Source: Amphiscolops sp. MND2022 (lineage: Eukaryota). From it: DNA of 64,000 bases. Position numbers and translations under genes: made by a program. The stretch is from positions 30,380,001-30,444,000 of the forward strand of contig OZ076415.1 of the NCBI GenBank assembly GCA_964187785.1. The letters run 5' to 3'. The notes below the pieces were generated by a model. That model saw only the letters and a list, made by a program, of their open reading frames with translations. It was not told where the DNA came from and did not search any database. Below are positions 1 to 13,198 of this stretch, in pieces (the stretch's first letter is position 1; the number at the start of each line of letters is the position of its first letter).

Positions 1-375
1 GAAACAAATGGTACAATTTCATTACAATATTGTCACCCCGAGTAACAAATACACAAAAAACACGACCTAGAATCTCAGTCTTCATAGGAAACAAGCAAAA
101 AAACAAACAAAAAAACAAAAAAACACAAACCAAAATTACCTGACGCAAATGAGGCATATGTTAAAAGTCTGGTCCATTCACTGAGTTCGACTGCCAAAAA
201 GTTAGGAACTCCAAAACATTAAACGGGTCAACACCGCCCAATCGCTGCTTAAACTGTTTCGTTTCACACGCTGCACGCACTGCACGTCAAAGAAGAACAT
301 GACTACCGTACGCTCAGGAGCCACCAAGTTTGCCAAAGCGCGACCAACTGATACATCATTTTCGACCACAACGCT

Positions 376-1279
376 TCAAAAATGCGGAGTAGTATCCAAG
401 CACGATAGCACATTCACAGCTAATGTCACGACATCTGCTTGCCAAGTTTCACGCACAGGAAAAGTCACTAAAATCACTGATTTCGTGCCTGCATCATCCA
501 AAAAGTTACAGTCAATCCTCCAGAAGTTACCATCGAAAAATACCCGCAGACCGATACGATGCCTTCTCTTATCTTCTCGAGAACATATGGATAAATACCG
601 TATAACACCAACCTCTAAAACACAGAAAACCGGAATCAAACCTAGCCACTTAAGGAATTGACACGACCACGAAGTCGTCAGTACGACTCAAATCCAATAC
701 CAACAGACACTCTACAAAATAAATAACACATCATAACATAGCTTCAAAGCCACAAAGTAACCACCTGACATTGCAAAAAGTCGAAATTTCTTTCTGCAAA
801 CCGTAGCAAGCCGCGCATACTAGTTGCCCAGCTATCCATCAATCGCAGCAAACTCTTGAAATTGTTCACAGTAGCCAGCCCGTTTATAAAAAACACAACC
901 ACAAATAGGATCTTCTCTCCGTAGTCAATTGTGGCTTCCCAGGTTCTGCCTCAGTTTTCTCTTCCAGACGAATTCGCTCGTCAGAAGTCAACCCAATGGG
1001 AGACAGGAGATAGACTGGCGGTTCCCTCGATTAATCTGAACGTATGCGCCGTTCTTCAGCAGCAGACACAGGGCGACATGACTTATCAAGGAGCGTGCGT
1101 TGAGTCATTATTCGATATTTCTGTTCGATGCGAGTTTGCTCTGCGCCTTTCCAATGACTCAACAAATTCTGGAGGTCTCTTCCTGCAATGCTCAGATCGA
1201 CTTTACACATAAGGCACCTCGCAAAGCTAGTCAGAACTCGAGGAGGAAAACCCACGAACAGTCCGACTACAACGGACAC
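376..1279 (-). pseudogene. Degenerate Zn-finger/hAT-like antisense cargo gene, homologous to the gene at 53635-57502
   Basis: ORF 1031-1279 has CLMCKVDLSIAGRDLQNLLSHW..EQKYR, resembling CQICKTNVSIFSKGAREIVRHF..DQRWR of the 55.7-57.5 kb ORF. ORF 376-639 resembles the beta-strand region of its exon 2. The frames are broken. Confidence 0.45.
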
Positions 1280-2894
1280 GAAATAAGAAGGCTTCAGTGT
1301 GTTGAATTTTCATTTCCGAACTAAAACACGATGTACGTCTACCCTAAAACTCAAAACCCTTTGAAATCTTATTGGCCACTAGTAGCCAACATTTTCCCCC
1401 TTATCTTGTAAAACATTTCATGTGATCTTGAGAAAAGTTACCAGGCTTTGCCCCCGACGCAGACGCCACAGGCACGTTACCAGTGGCAGGCATCAACAAT
1501 GGATCGCCGATAGCAGTAGGGACTTGTGAAACAGTACTCGAACCACAAGCAGCTACATCCGTAGCAACTGGTATCCAATGGACCAGAATCAGACACACGA
1601 CGACTAGAGCCAGAAGGCATTCTTGTCTGAGATGCCAAGAAGAGAGATGTCTGAGAGGCCTCCACAAACGCTGACTTGAGTCTGACCTGGAAGTCTTCAA
1701 CAGCCAGCGCTCCAACAGTTCGCAGCTGTCCCAGGAAAGAGTCTAAAACAGCCTTCACCCAATGACGGACACTTTCCTCGAGTCGACCCTCTAACTGATG
1801 CAACAGTTCCTCCAACGTCTTTGATCGAGAGTCGCCACTATCTATAACACTCAACACACCTCAGTCAATATACGCTGAAAAACCAGCAACGACTGAACAT
1901 GTCACAAGCTACCCAATTCAAGAGGACACATAAAAAGTTAACCACCAATAACTCACGATCACGTTGAAAAGTGGTTGTGCTGACCTAGGTTGTTATCTAT
2001 CAGCTGATGCAATTGACCGCCAGCACCAGTTGTCCCCATTCAACAGCTAGAATCTCCCAGGGCCGGATACGCACGAACATATTCTAGTAACGTCGACAGA
2101 TCAATGCCGTCAGTAAACAACAAGTACACTTTCAAAGTAACAAAACGGACACAGATACAAACAACGTTCCACTTCTAAGCAGGGACAAAGTATGACTGGA
2201 AACAAAGTTTTCCACGAATGAAGTAGCGCTACAAACAAAGATAAATTTCCCTTCTCCACCACAGGGCAATTTACATGGTGTTCTACAAAAACACATATTA
2301 CAAAAAGGAAATCCCTACCCACGGTATGCAAATTAACAAGGCACTTACGAGAAACTTCTGAAAGAGCAAGATTCAATAATGCATCAAGGCCCTCTCGATT
2401 GACTGAATCTACACAAAATGCAAACCGACAGCATGGTGGATCCACTCGGGCAGCCTCAGAAGCTAACGCAAACTCAGAATTTGCACCTATACTTGACGAC
2501 ATTTCTTCTATTTCCACTGACCTTCGCTCCACCAAAGGCACTAGGGACCACAAGTTCAAATGAACAACTAACTGCCCAAAATTGACATCCAACGTGAAAC
2601 CACGACTAAAAGTCTTGAGAGCAAATACTAGACACAGTAATAAAAAATCGGGAAAATAGATAAAAAGATGATCCAAGACGATATATACGGATCACTGCAG
2701 GAAGTGTGGATTATGTGGCCTGATCAACTAAATTTTGCCCTAGTTGCCTGTCCTACCAAATCTTCAAAAGGAAATACTTCTGTATTTTCAACAGTCTACT
2801 GTTCCAAACACAAAATTATCAGAAGGCACACCCAACGCCTGCACAACTGAAACTAGTCTTTTCAATTACCCCCTTCTTCAATACCCTCTTTTAT

Positions 2895-3094
2895 NNNNNN
2901 NNNNNNNNNNNNNNNNNNNNNNNNNNNNNNNNNNNNNNNNNNNNNNNNNNNNNNNNNNNNNNNNNNNNNNNNNNNNNNNNNNNNNNNNNNNNNNNNNNNN
3001 NNNNNNNNNNNNNNNNNNNNNNNNNNNNNNNNNNNNNNNNNNNNNNNNNNNNNNNNNNNNNNNNNNNNNNNNNNNNNNNNNNNNNNNNNNNNNN
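2895..3094. other. Assembly gap (200 N)
   Basis: Run of N. Confidence 1.
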
Positions 3095-3912
3095 CCACAA
3101 CCCACTCTAACCCAAATCGCGAATAGAAACGATAAACCACTGACAATAACAAAAGAGAAAACACACAATGAAGTGACAAAACGGAACAAGCAATAGAGCA
3201 ACTGGAATTATGTGAACGAGATTGACAAATTGAACGGAGTTGTAACGAAAACATCGACTGCTGCGGTGATTCTTCTCTCTCACTGGTTACTTTAACACGA
3301 CTACCTTTACGACCACCATTAACTACTTACTCGCTATACTTCTACATAAACCGTTCATTGACGTCACAATTCGTTCTCTCCCTTCCGATGATTGCAAAAT
3401 TGTTAATTCTTTCCGACGGGAGCGAAACTACGATGCTAACGACCATTACCACGAGTCGTACAAGCAGTTATTGCGGAAACACTAATACCGATATGAGCCA
3501 CCTAATCAACGAACCTACAACCATTACCAAGCCGAACACCAACTTCCGATCAGCAAATTCTTAATTCAAATTGCATGATTGAAATTAACGACTGAAACCT
3601 TCAGTCGTCACGAACAAACAGCAAACCGAATTAGTACGACACTACTGTCACACCCGAATATCATCCCTGCTGATTTCCCTACCCAAAACCTGACTCTTGT
3701 TTCAAAGAGGCGGAGCGTCATGCTCATTCGTCACAATTCAGAGAATTTTTATTTCATTGGAACCATTTACATGAAGCCATTACATGAGAAATCCTTTAGC
3801 ATAACTAGTCGCCAATTATTTTATACTATCCATGCAAGCTAAATTATCCTATATTTCCTGTCATAGTGCATCCATCTTTTCTTCTATAGTGCATCAATTC
3901 ATCGAAATTTAG

Positions 3913-4085
3913 CACACTCATTATTTGGAAATCATGTGGGATTTACGAAGAGTGTTAGTAGTCATCAGACATATTAGAAGCATCGGTTGAACATTAAAAG
4001 TTCACACTCATTATTTGGAAATCATGTGGGATTAACGACGAGTGCTAGTAGTCATCAGACATATTAGAAGCATCAGTTGAACATT
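3913..4085. repeat. Two-copy tandem repeat, 90-bp period
   Basis: cacactcattatttggaaatcatgtggga...gaacatt starts at 3913 and 4003, with few substitutions. Confidence 0.9.
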
Positions 4086-4437
4086 CACTTTCTCATCAAA
4101 TGTAAAATCGCAGTAATTACAAATAACACGTTGTGAGGATTAGTGCTACTACTCTACCGACCAGTGCAAATTACTCTTGCTAGTGCTTAACAGGTGACAC
4201 AATTACCACCAGTATGCCTATCAATCAGAAACCCACAAATGAACAACGCCTAATTGATGAATAAAAACTCGTAAAAGGTACCAACAAACTTCAGAGAGAT
4301 TTGTACAATCATAGGTTTTCAGTCGTTACTATATACAATCGTAGATAAAATTCTACAATTAGTACTCTTAATTTCTTCTCAATACAATAACTCACCCCTA
4401 CTCAATTCAATTCTGAAACTCCAGCTATTTTCTCGAA

Positions 4438-4749
4438 ATGGGAAACACCAGACTTCAAGCTTCGCAGAACAACCAGTCTAGAGAAGACAAAATGAATGAT
4501 TTTGATGACAATTCCAGCGAACTTAGCTTTCCTAAAATTGGTACGCGTACCTTCGAAATAGAAAACTATGCTCACAGGAACGGCGAACAGAAGAGAGATC
4601 ATGAACGTGTTCGTATCGAACGTCGATTCAGTGAAACGATGAGACAAATTGGCGAGTAGTCCAAATTTTGACTGAAAGGACTTCCTCGAGTAATCGAGAA
4701 AAGAATGGCAACAATTCACCTCGGAGTAGATCGACGTGCCATTCTGACA
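4438..4749 (+). mobile_element. Probable 3' end of an LTR carrying a degenerate gag-N-terminal-like ORF
   Basis: ORF MGNTRL..RDHERVRIERRFSETMRQIGE* (helical). The sequence ends ..TGC CAT TCT GAC A at 4749, in the same register as the LTR ends of the other elements here (TCT CAC A|TG; CAC GAC A). The 5' LTR boundary was not found. Confidence 0.4.
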
Positions 4750-6521
4750 CCCATGTGTTTTGCAGGCTGTGTTGAAACTTTGAACCAACTAAATTTGGTT
4801 TTAAACAATTGCATTTTCCGCTGTTTTAAGATACAAAAGCTTCCCATGGCCATACAAACAAGAATATGCGTTGTCTGCGATAGTAATTGCAATAGAATTC
4901 CAGGAATCACGTCTTGATTTTTACAGCACCTATGGTAGTAAAATTGTTGCAAAATCGTCTCAATCATGGACTTTGTACCAGAAATAGCACTACGTAACGT
5001 ACCACTAAAAGCATGTTTCTAAGATTCCTCATCCTACGATGTCGATTTTGTTAGAGTTAAGTACGATGTGTCGTACCATCAAACGCTTTAAAATAAGATG
5101 TATCGCACCAGCATGCAAATTGAAGTACGAGTTCACTATGGCGAGTGGTACAATCGCCGCGGAGATTTATGCGTAACTGCGCCGAAATCGTACTACGACA
5201 TGTGTGGACGTGGGTAGTCAAAGTATGGACGATAAATGTTTATTTTTCCAGTCTGACAATAATCTAACACAAATATGATACCAGATTGATCAATTAACTT
5301 TCTTTATGTAAGGTAATTTGTATTATTTCAAAATTTGATGCTATGGCCAGAGTATGATGAGTATGATGGTCAAAAAACCCGGCAGCGAGACTTCTTTTCA
5401 ATAATTCGAGTACTGAACCGTGCCTTGAACGAAAGTTGCAATGGCACTGCAATATTTATCATGAAACTGAGTGGTTTTTTGTTTGTTTCTCAGAAACAAT
5501 CTCCAGTGCCGAACAACTCTAAAGGGAGCCTCAATGCTCGCAAAACGCTTTGTTCCTGCTAAACGTCAAGGGAGCTTCGTTAAAAAAACGCATAGTCCCA
5601 AAAAAACGATTGTGACCCTTTGGCCTTTCTTCTCAGACTCAGAGGAACTCACCTTTACCTTCAGGCAAGCCCAGTGGCCTCCAGCCTGGCATATCAATTG
5701 AAGTTTTAGAAATTATGACAAAAACTGGTGGCGGAAAAGAACAAAAAAATCTTGTCTGAAACAGGTTTTTCGCATTACCAGACAAATTCCGGTAAAATGA
5801 ATTTCAGTCACGCAGCGTAATCTGTGTAATCCGTAAAGTGGTCATTCTGCGTAAGTTAGTCAAGACGGTCTACGCCTGGACGGTGTAGCTGTGTCAATGC
5901 GCGCATCGGAAAATCGTGTAAACTCGTCAAGGTACGTAGTTAGTGAAAAACGGAAGTTAGTTCAAAAATATACTTTTTCGTAATTCAGTCAAAACTTTGA
6001 CTAACTTCCACTTTTTGCAAGTATAGCGATCTGCAAGTTGCAAAAAGTGGAATTTGGTCAAAGTTTGACTAACTTACATCATGTTTATATGCATTCAAAA
6101 CTCAGTGTTCATTTTAATTCCAGTTCATACCACTACATTGTAAAACAGTCACTTTAAACAATGATTCAACAAATAAATAGTTAACAATACTAAGCTGTAT
6201 CGTGCATAGTACGTATAAACTGCATTCAATGCAAGTTGCGCACGTGTACACGTGTATTTCATCCACGCATTTTACGTGCAAATAAAATACCTTGTAGCTA
6301 CCGGCGTCTCTTAAGACAAAAAATATCAGCAAGTCCCCAAAGTCTTTGGTCAGAATCGGAGAAAGTCTTTATTTTTCTCAATAACCTGTTTTTTTAGATC
6401 CCTAAAAAATGGGTACAAAAGACTTTAGACGTTATGAGAGCGAATTTAATTGTTTCGTATTTTTATCTGATGCGTTTTTCAAAAATTAACCCCGAATTTC
6501 AAGATCCCTCACTGTTTGCAG

Positions 6522-9500
6522 AACTTGTCTATGTCAAGATGTGAGTGAGTTCATGCACCTACATGATGGTGTCGACATCGGCAACTGTTTTTATGTGTGT
6601 GTCGACAAGAAATCTTGTGGAGGTCCCGGACATGTGTCGGTATACAGAACGAAAAACAAGAAAAAGAACTGCTACGATGGTTCAGCTCTGCCTACAAGTA
6701 GGTGAAAAAAAGTACTTTTGAACTGTATTTGTAATTCGGTGAGCTATATGAAACGAAACAACAAAAACCCACAAACGTGCAACCCAAAAATAAATCAAAT
6801 ATTAAAAATTCCAAACAAGTTTTATTGCAAAATTCAAATACTTTCTAAAGTTATATCCTGAAGAGTAAACATACATCATTAGTATATGCTATGGAATGTT
6901 ACCCGTACAGTTTGTAAATGAACTTATAAATTTTGGCGCCAGTTTTCATCGAAATTGCTTTTGAAAGCGAATGATCGAAGGATGTGAAATCCTTGAAGCA
7001 TCAGTCAAACGAAAGTTGCGAGCCATTAAAACCAACAAATCTGTAGTTGTTCATTTTGACAACTTTCGGCTCTGAAGAAGAGTTCAACTCTGAAGAAGTT
7101 CCAGAAACAAAAAGAAGCTAAAACTCTCAGTCAACTCGCAAATCGCAAACTGATTTTCTTTGTCGCCAATCATTCACGTCATTCAGCCCAGTTGATCTTA
7201 CGAGTACCACATTTTCGCCGCCAGATGGCTCGTTTTGGTTCCACCTGAGTTTTCCCGCTGGAATTCGGTTGCTTTTCATGTCTCTCCAAATTCCGTCATC
7301 ATCAATATAGATTCCCAAGTAAAATTCATTTGGGCCCAATTTTTCCTCCAAAAAATGAAGCTGTTCCAAAGTTCCATTCACATCATCGAAAAGGTGACCC
7401 CCCAAGTTGATGCAGTTTTGCTTGGCTGAATTCCAGTTTAGTTCCTCTGATACGAATTTCATCCATTCCAGATCTATTCGGGATCCACCTTCGCACTCCT
7501 TTCCGCCGTGAGATGGCTGGAAACAATCACGAAAAAGAACTTTCTTCCACTCATCAGCCGAATCAACTTGAACTTCGTGCCTTTCATTGATCCATTGACC
7601 ATCGATTCGCTTCAAGTCAATTTGGCATAAGTTATCATATTCGGAGTCTTCTCGAACACTCTTGGAAACCCCCTTCTGCTGGCATTGTACGATATAATCT
7701 CTCTTCATACCAACGTAAGAACAGGCGGGATAATTTTCTAAAACAGCTTCCATCGAGAATTTGTCTCCTTGATTCAGTTCACATTTTTCTGGACTACAGG
7801 TGTTGAACGAAAGACATTCAGGTGTGATCAAACACAGAAAGGCACAGAACTGTCTGAATGTTTTGAACTGGGTCTTCCATTGATTGCTTATCAAGCGCTT
7901 TCCTTTCAGCATGTCTCCGTATTGAATCATTCTTTGGGATAGCAAATGACCGGAGGCTTCCACTACATGTAGAAGAAACAACATGTAGAAGAGCAGAGCT
8001 GGAAAAATTGATAGGAGTTTCGCTGAATAGAAGCAAATTGCGTAATATTTACTGATAGCAGAGATCCTCATTGTAACTGAAGTTCTCGCGGATGCCTTTT
8101 TTGTTGATGATCCACGGTCACTGTTTCTGTTGCCCAATGAAGAGCAGCTGTAAAAACATCACTGTTCCAAAATGTAGATAATCAATAATCATCGCAGTCT
8201 ACAATTATAACAATTCGAAAAACGCAGTCAAATTTTTTGCGGGCATTTCATTCCCAGAAAACTTATTTCTAGATCTCCTAGTCCGACAAAAGCTGACATT
8301 TCACTCCCTGCATTTTCTAATGTTTGCATTTTGTGGCAGTTTCAACATCACTGTTCAATTAGAGCGACTGTGTACTATATGCCAGCTGACATCTACCTAG
8401 CTGCTTCCCTTGAATAAACATTGAATTGACGAAATGATGTGACTGTAACGATCTTTGCCTTATGACACCTTTCCGTTATTTTTGGAAAACTTTCTGAAAA
8501 GTTGAAGTTCAGTTAATGTGCGAAAAATATCACATTGCCACAAAGGTTTCGTAAAAAATAAAAGGATATAAAAGAAAATCAATCGTTTGTTAAATGTAGT
8601 TGATCAGTCAAATTTAGAGGAAACGGAAGCACGGTGGTTTCAAAGCATGCTTCTTTTACCTATTTCTTTACCGAACTGATCAGAAACTGCAGTTCCCAAT
8701 TGGAAATTTTTTGAGTTCGATGTCACTAATACGTTCAATTGATTTTGTTTGAACTTTTTTCCCCAAAGAATCTAAATTTGTTGAATCTGTATCTTAAAAC
8801 CTTCCTAGTTTCGCCTAGAAAACTTTTAGAGTAACAGTTTTCTTAAAAAGAAAAGAGGAATCGTACCTTTGCTATGTTCTGTTCTCCCCCGTCAAATGTC
8901 CCCAGAAAAAGAAAAATGACTGAACTTCAATTGAGTCCTTGATTTCAAGCAAAAAGCAGAAGCTTAAATTTTCCAGCTTTCGAGGCCAAAAGTGGTTCTT
9001 TTGATTATACTGAAACAAAGGAATCAACGGGTTCAATAGTGACCAAAAACAATCAAGTGGAAGCTTTGCAAATTTTTATTCAGGTCTCAAAGCAGGTGAA
9101 AGCATGAATGAAAAACAGCTGAAAATACACCCCCATTGTCCTGGAAGACTGTCGTTGAGAGCTCGTTGAAAGACTCAGAAAATCAAACTTGAAAAAAAGA
9201 TAGATAACAGGTGATAATGTAGACTGTTAATTTTTTTAAAAAAAAAAAGGATTTCTGTAAAGCAGGTGGGGGATTTATGAAAAACGGCAGTTTTTTCTCT
9301 CAACTGTTTTTGCATAACAAAAATTTTGAAAAAAACAATGGCCCAAAAATGCAAATTGATAACATAGCAAATAAGAGTTGTTGTCTTCCACATGTTGATG
9401 AAAATAACGATTGAAAATGCATAGGGCGAAATTTCCTGTTACCCAAAAAGTAACACCTGTTTTGGAGAAACTTTAGCAAACGACGTTTTGTCGCTTGTAA

Positions 9501-12386
9501 ATTGTTTGTGAGATCTCTTCTTTATATTTACTATCTAAAGAAAGGACATAATCTACACTGTTACATGACTGCTGTTGATGTTTTCTATCAATGAAGCTGT
9601 TTGCTTTTCTGTTTATAAAACAGATGGTTACGCTTTGATTTTCTTTGTTTTTCATCCATGATCATGGCTTTTCATGGCATTACATGCGAATCATAGCAAT
9701 TTATTCACGGTTAATTTCAGTTTGTCCGAATCATAGCTAATCATCCATGGTAATTTTCATTACATTCGAATCAATGCAAATAATCCATGGGCTTTTGATT
9801 ACTATTTGAATTAGGCTGACTTTCCATGATCATGGCTTTGATGAGGACCCATGATTCATCCATGGATATCCATGGCAAAAAGGAACATATAAATCACAGA
9901 GTGCACCTCATTCTAGTTTGTTAAGCTCGGCGTGAATACTGTACTTAATGTCGATTTAGAATTCAATCACTGACAGAGTTAATGGCATCTAGAATTGTAA
10001 TGATTTTCAACTAATCAATTTTGTCAACGAGAAGAAAGTTTATTTCCCCAATTCCGCGGGGTGGACGCCGAATAAGCAAACCTGCTTTTCTAAGTCGGCG
10101 CCTAAGTCTAAGTCTTTCGGATACTATCTCCCCATAGCAAGCTATGGTACCATATTTGCAGCCAAATGGTCAAGCAATGGTGGACTTGAAGCTGTGGTTT
10201 CAAAGTGACTTGCTCAAGGTCACAAAGGTCAGACTGCTCACAGTTGCTCTTTTTATTTTGCTTTTCTCCGCCAAATGCGTTATTTTTTGTCACTGACCAC
10301 TAAGCTAGGGATGAAAGACTTGATTAAGGCCCAACAATGGTGAGCTGAGAGAGATTATCTCAGCTACTATCACCGCATAATTCAACAGTTTTTTCTAATG
10401 ATACTTTGTGTTCTAGATCGAACTTTCAGCTCCTATATTGTCGGGTCCGAGGGATCTGGAGCAATGTGGCTGTCCAGACTCCTCCTAGCTGGCTCCGGCA
10501 GCAGTCTTACAGAAGACGCAACATCTCAGTTTGTTCACGTCGCCAGAAAACTGGAACCCCATCTACTTACTTCCGGAAGTATTCCCAAAATTATCGTCAT
10601 CCGGAACCCCTTCTCTGCGTTTCTGTCTCAGTTCCGGAAAAAGATTGAGAGGGATTTCCATTTTGACACTCATCACACATATTTAGACAGGAAGGTGATG
10701 GACAGGTAAGAGGGTTTAGAGTAAATATATCACCTAAAATAATTTGACTAGAAGTTTTAGTCCAAGTTTGGATAATGTCTCACAACAAACCTTGAATAAA
10801 TGCTATTTGTAGAACTTCGGCTGCAGTCTCAGAGTAATGTTTTCCATGTTTTATAAAAAAAAATTAGCCTGCATGTTTCCATGCAGCATGTAAAAAGTTC
10901 AAGCAATCTCGACTAGGGATGTATATCAGTGCCGTAAAATAGTCTTTCTATCTGAAAATCGATACTTCAAACGACCCAGACAGTTTAAAACCTATGTTTT
11001 AAAGCTGTGTTATCAACGAGTTCACCAGAACTTTGAAAATTGCTACTTAAATCCCAGTTTTGGGATTAAAAAATTTGCAAGTAATTCAAGTAATTGAAGA
11101 TTATTTAAACTTTCGTTCAACCAACATATGCTCCAGAATAAATCTGGTTCAAAAGAAGATGGTCTTTTGTCTAAGCGACTGAAACCCAAATCGCAAACTT
11201 TTTATAGGTGAAAAGTGATTCGATTTTTTTTTCAGATATGGTTGGAGATACTTCCTTGATGATGTTGTTGAAGATTGGAGGGTCACATACAACTACTGGA
11301 TCCGAATGAGCTCAACGCAGAAAACTCAAATTATCTATTACGAAGATTTCATGTCGAACCCAGCTGGGCAAATCATCAAGTGAGCTACTGAATTTGATTT
11401 TCATCTCTAATTCTGGTAAAAACTAACCAGACTGTTGGGAGCATTAAAATGCTTAATCATTAGTATACTTTTTCGTACAGTTGTTACGAATTAGCTCGTT
11501 TGAATGTGGGCGAAACATGCCACGTATTACATACCTGTGTGAACTATATGGACCTTCCTTCAATATCTCTCTCACCAAGTTTAACAGTCTTCTGCGCCAT
11601 AATTTTCTGTTTTCAAATTCTAATCCTCAATTGCGGAACGTAGTTACCCTAAATCCTTAAATACAGCTTTACTATTGAATTTAATAGTTGATAAGAATCT
11701 GAAAGTAACAACATACGCTTGTTTTGTATACAAACTTAGTGTTTTCCCAAAGATTTTCCAAGCAGATGATACTTTTCAAAAACGATCTTTTGGTTTTATT
11801 GATCTATTCAAGTACTAAATTTTCAGCAACATCACTGCAACGATCAAGGAATGTATTGATTGTTCGTCCAGGATTGCTGAAATTAATATATCAGTTCATT
11901 ATTTTGATCAAAATAATACATTGAAGTGGTGTACACTTATAATGATTCTGGGAAAACAAGCATTTTTGAAAGTTGATGTTCGAAATATTTGGTTTCATAT
12001 CGTTACGTCCCAAGTCAAAAACCCAAATATCATATCTTCTAGACGACACCGATTGTACGACTCCGCAACCCCAGTTTGGCCGAATAATTTCACATGGATT
12101 GTGGGTTAAATTTTTTATCGAATATTGCAGGTCCCTCAAATTTCTCGATATTCCCATAAAGTATGGCAACATCATCTGTACCATGGAGAACCATGTCAGG
12201 CACTACAACCAGGCACTGTCAACTGTGTTGCCCTACACCCTCAACGACACTCTCGCCATCCAGAGGGCCATCGATGACGTCAGAGACACCATCAGGTTGC
12301 GGAACTTACAACCTATGCCTTTTTACAAATTTGAAAACAGATCGGTAGAGGTCAAAAATGTTGATGACAAAGAAAGAGAGCTGTAA
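6522..12386 (+). CDS. WSC-domain-containing sulfotransferase (WSCD-family-like), 5' exons not identified
   Basis: Phase-consistent GT-AG exons: 6522-6697 (TCLCQ..CFYVCVDKKSCGGPGHVSVYRT, WSC C-terminal half), 10416-10705 (GSEGSGAMWLSRLL 5'-PAPS-binding-like; IIVIRNPFSAFLSQF 3'-PB-like), 11236-11379 (IIYYEDF), 12131-12386 (FLDIP..ICTMEN..PMPFYKF, stop). Confidence 0.75.
7127..8137 (-). CDS. Intronless secreted protein: signal peptide, PAN/apple domain, TSP1-like remnant, C-type lectin domain
   Basis: 336-aa ORF. Hydrophobic N-terminal stretch (the true start may be an internal Met); CAFLCLITPECLSFNTC (PAN); DGQW..DCFQPSHGGKECEG; LNWNSAKQNCINLGGHL..FYLGI..WNQNEPSGGENVV..LNDVND..SVC (CTLD with EPS). 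Confidence 0.85.
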   Translation of the reverse strand: MGNRNSDRGSSTKKASARTSVTMRISAISKYYAICFYSAKLLSIFPALLFYMLFLLHVVEASGHLLSQRMIQYGDMLKGKRLISNQWKTQFKTFRQFCAFLCLITPECLSFNTCSPEKCELNQGDKFSMEAVLENYPACSYVGMKRDYIVQCQQKGVSKSVREDSEYDNLCQIDLKRIDGQWINERHEVQVDSADEWKKVLFRDCFQPSHGGKECEGGSRIDLEWMKFVSEELNWNSAKQNCINLGGHLFDDVNGTLEQLHFLEEKLGPNEFYLGIYIDDDGIWRDMKSNRIPAGKLRWNQNEPSGGENVVLVRSTGLNDVNDWRQRKSVCDLRVD

Positions 12387-12686
12387 GAAGGTCAGTTTTC
12401 GGAAATTCAAGCGACTGGAATTGGACGAAAATAACGTGCAATTGTCACGAGACATAACTGGTACATTTTGAATTTTCTATGATACAAACTCGGCGAATTC
12501 ATTGGGGACCATGTTTTGTTCGGAACAAGGTTTAGGTTAAACTAAAATTTCTCTTGAGTCTTCACTATTTTGGAATCCGTGTGTCATTGGAATCCCATTT
12601 TGTATGCTGAAATAAGATAAATTTGTTATAGAGTCAATAAAACGTCTTTTCACGAATTCATGAAAACTAGAATTCATAGTAGTGAG

Positions 12687-13198
12687 CAGATGTGTGATAG
12701 CGTTAGCGATAGCGCCGCTATTAGCTGAATTTGATTGGCCAACGATAGCGATCGCCATTAGCTTATTGAAATTTCAATTGCGGGAGATAGCGTTGGTACA
12801 ATTCAATTCAGCCATTATGGTCTTAATTCGTGGCCTTTTTCATTCCCGGTCACTAACGTGACTTTGGAGCATCACTGGGAAAACCAAGAAACGAATATGT
12901 TCACAGACCTCATTCAATCGGTTTTGGCCTGTGTACCAAGAAGCGCTGCAACGGAACGCCTTTTTCCTGTCGCAGGCGCTTTGAAAACTGCAAAAAGGAG
13001 TCAGCTAAGTCCTAAAAATTTGTCGAATATAATGATGGTTAAGTATAACCAAACTGAATAACTCAAGTTTTTATCGTTCTCATTTTTCATATTAACGTTA
13101 GCGTTAGCGATCGAAAAAATCATTAGCGGTAGCGATAGCGATAAGCAAATTAACCCCAATAGCGACTAGCGATTTTTTGATAGCGAGTCACACCTCTG
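12687..13198 (+). mobile_element. Non-autonomous hAT DNA transposon with dimerization-domain remnant
   Basis: TIRs CAGATGTGTGA / TCACACCTCTG; perfect 8-bp TSD GTAGTGAG (12679-12686, 13199-13206); ORF 12858-13061 SAATERLFPVAG..KRSQLSPKNL. Confidence 0.9.

Noticed and set aside
5483-5665. Possible upstream exon of the WSCD-like gene
   Set aside because: Open frame with an acceptor but only a GC-type donor and no recognisable domain.
5995-6063. Short hairpin as RNA gene or terminator
   Set aside because: No tRNA or ncRNA features; probably a transposon relic.
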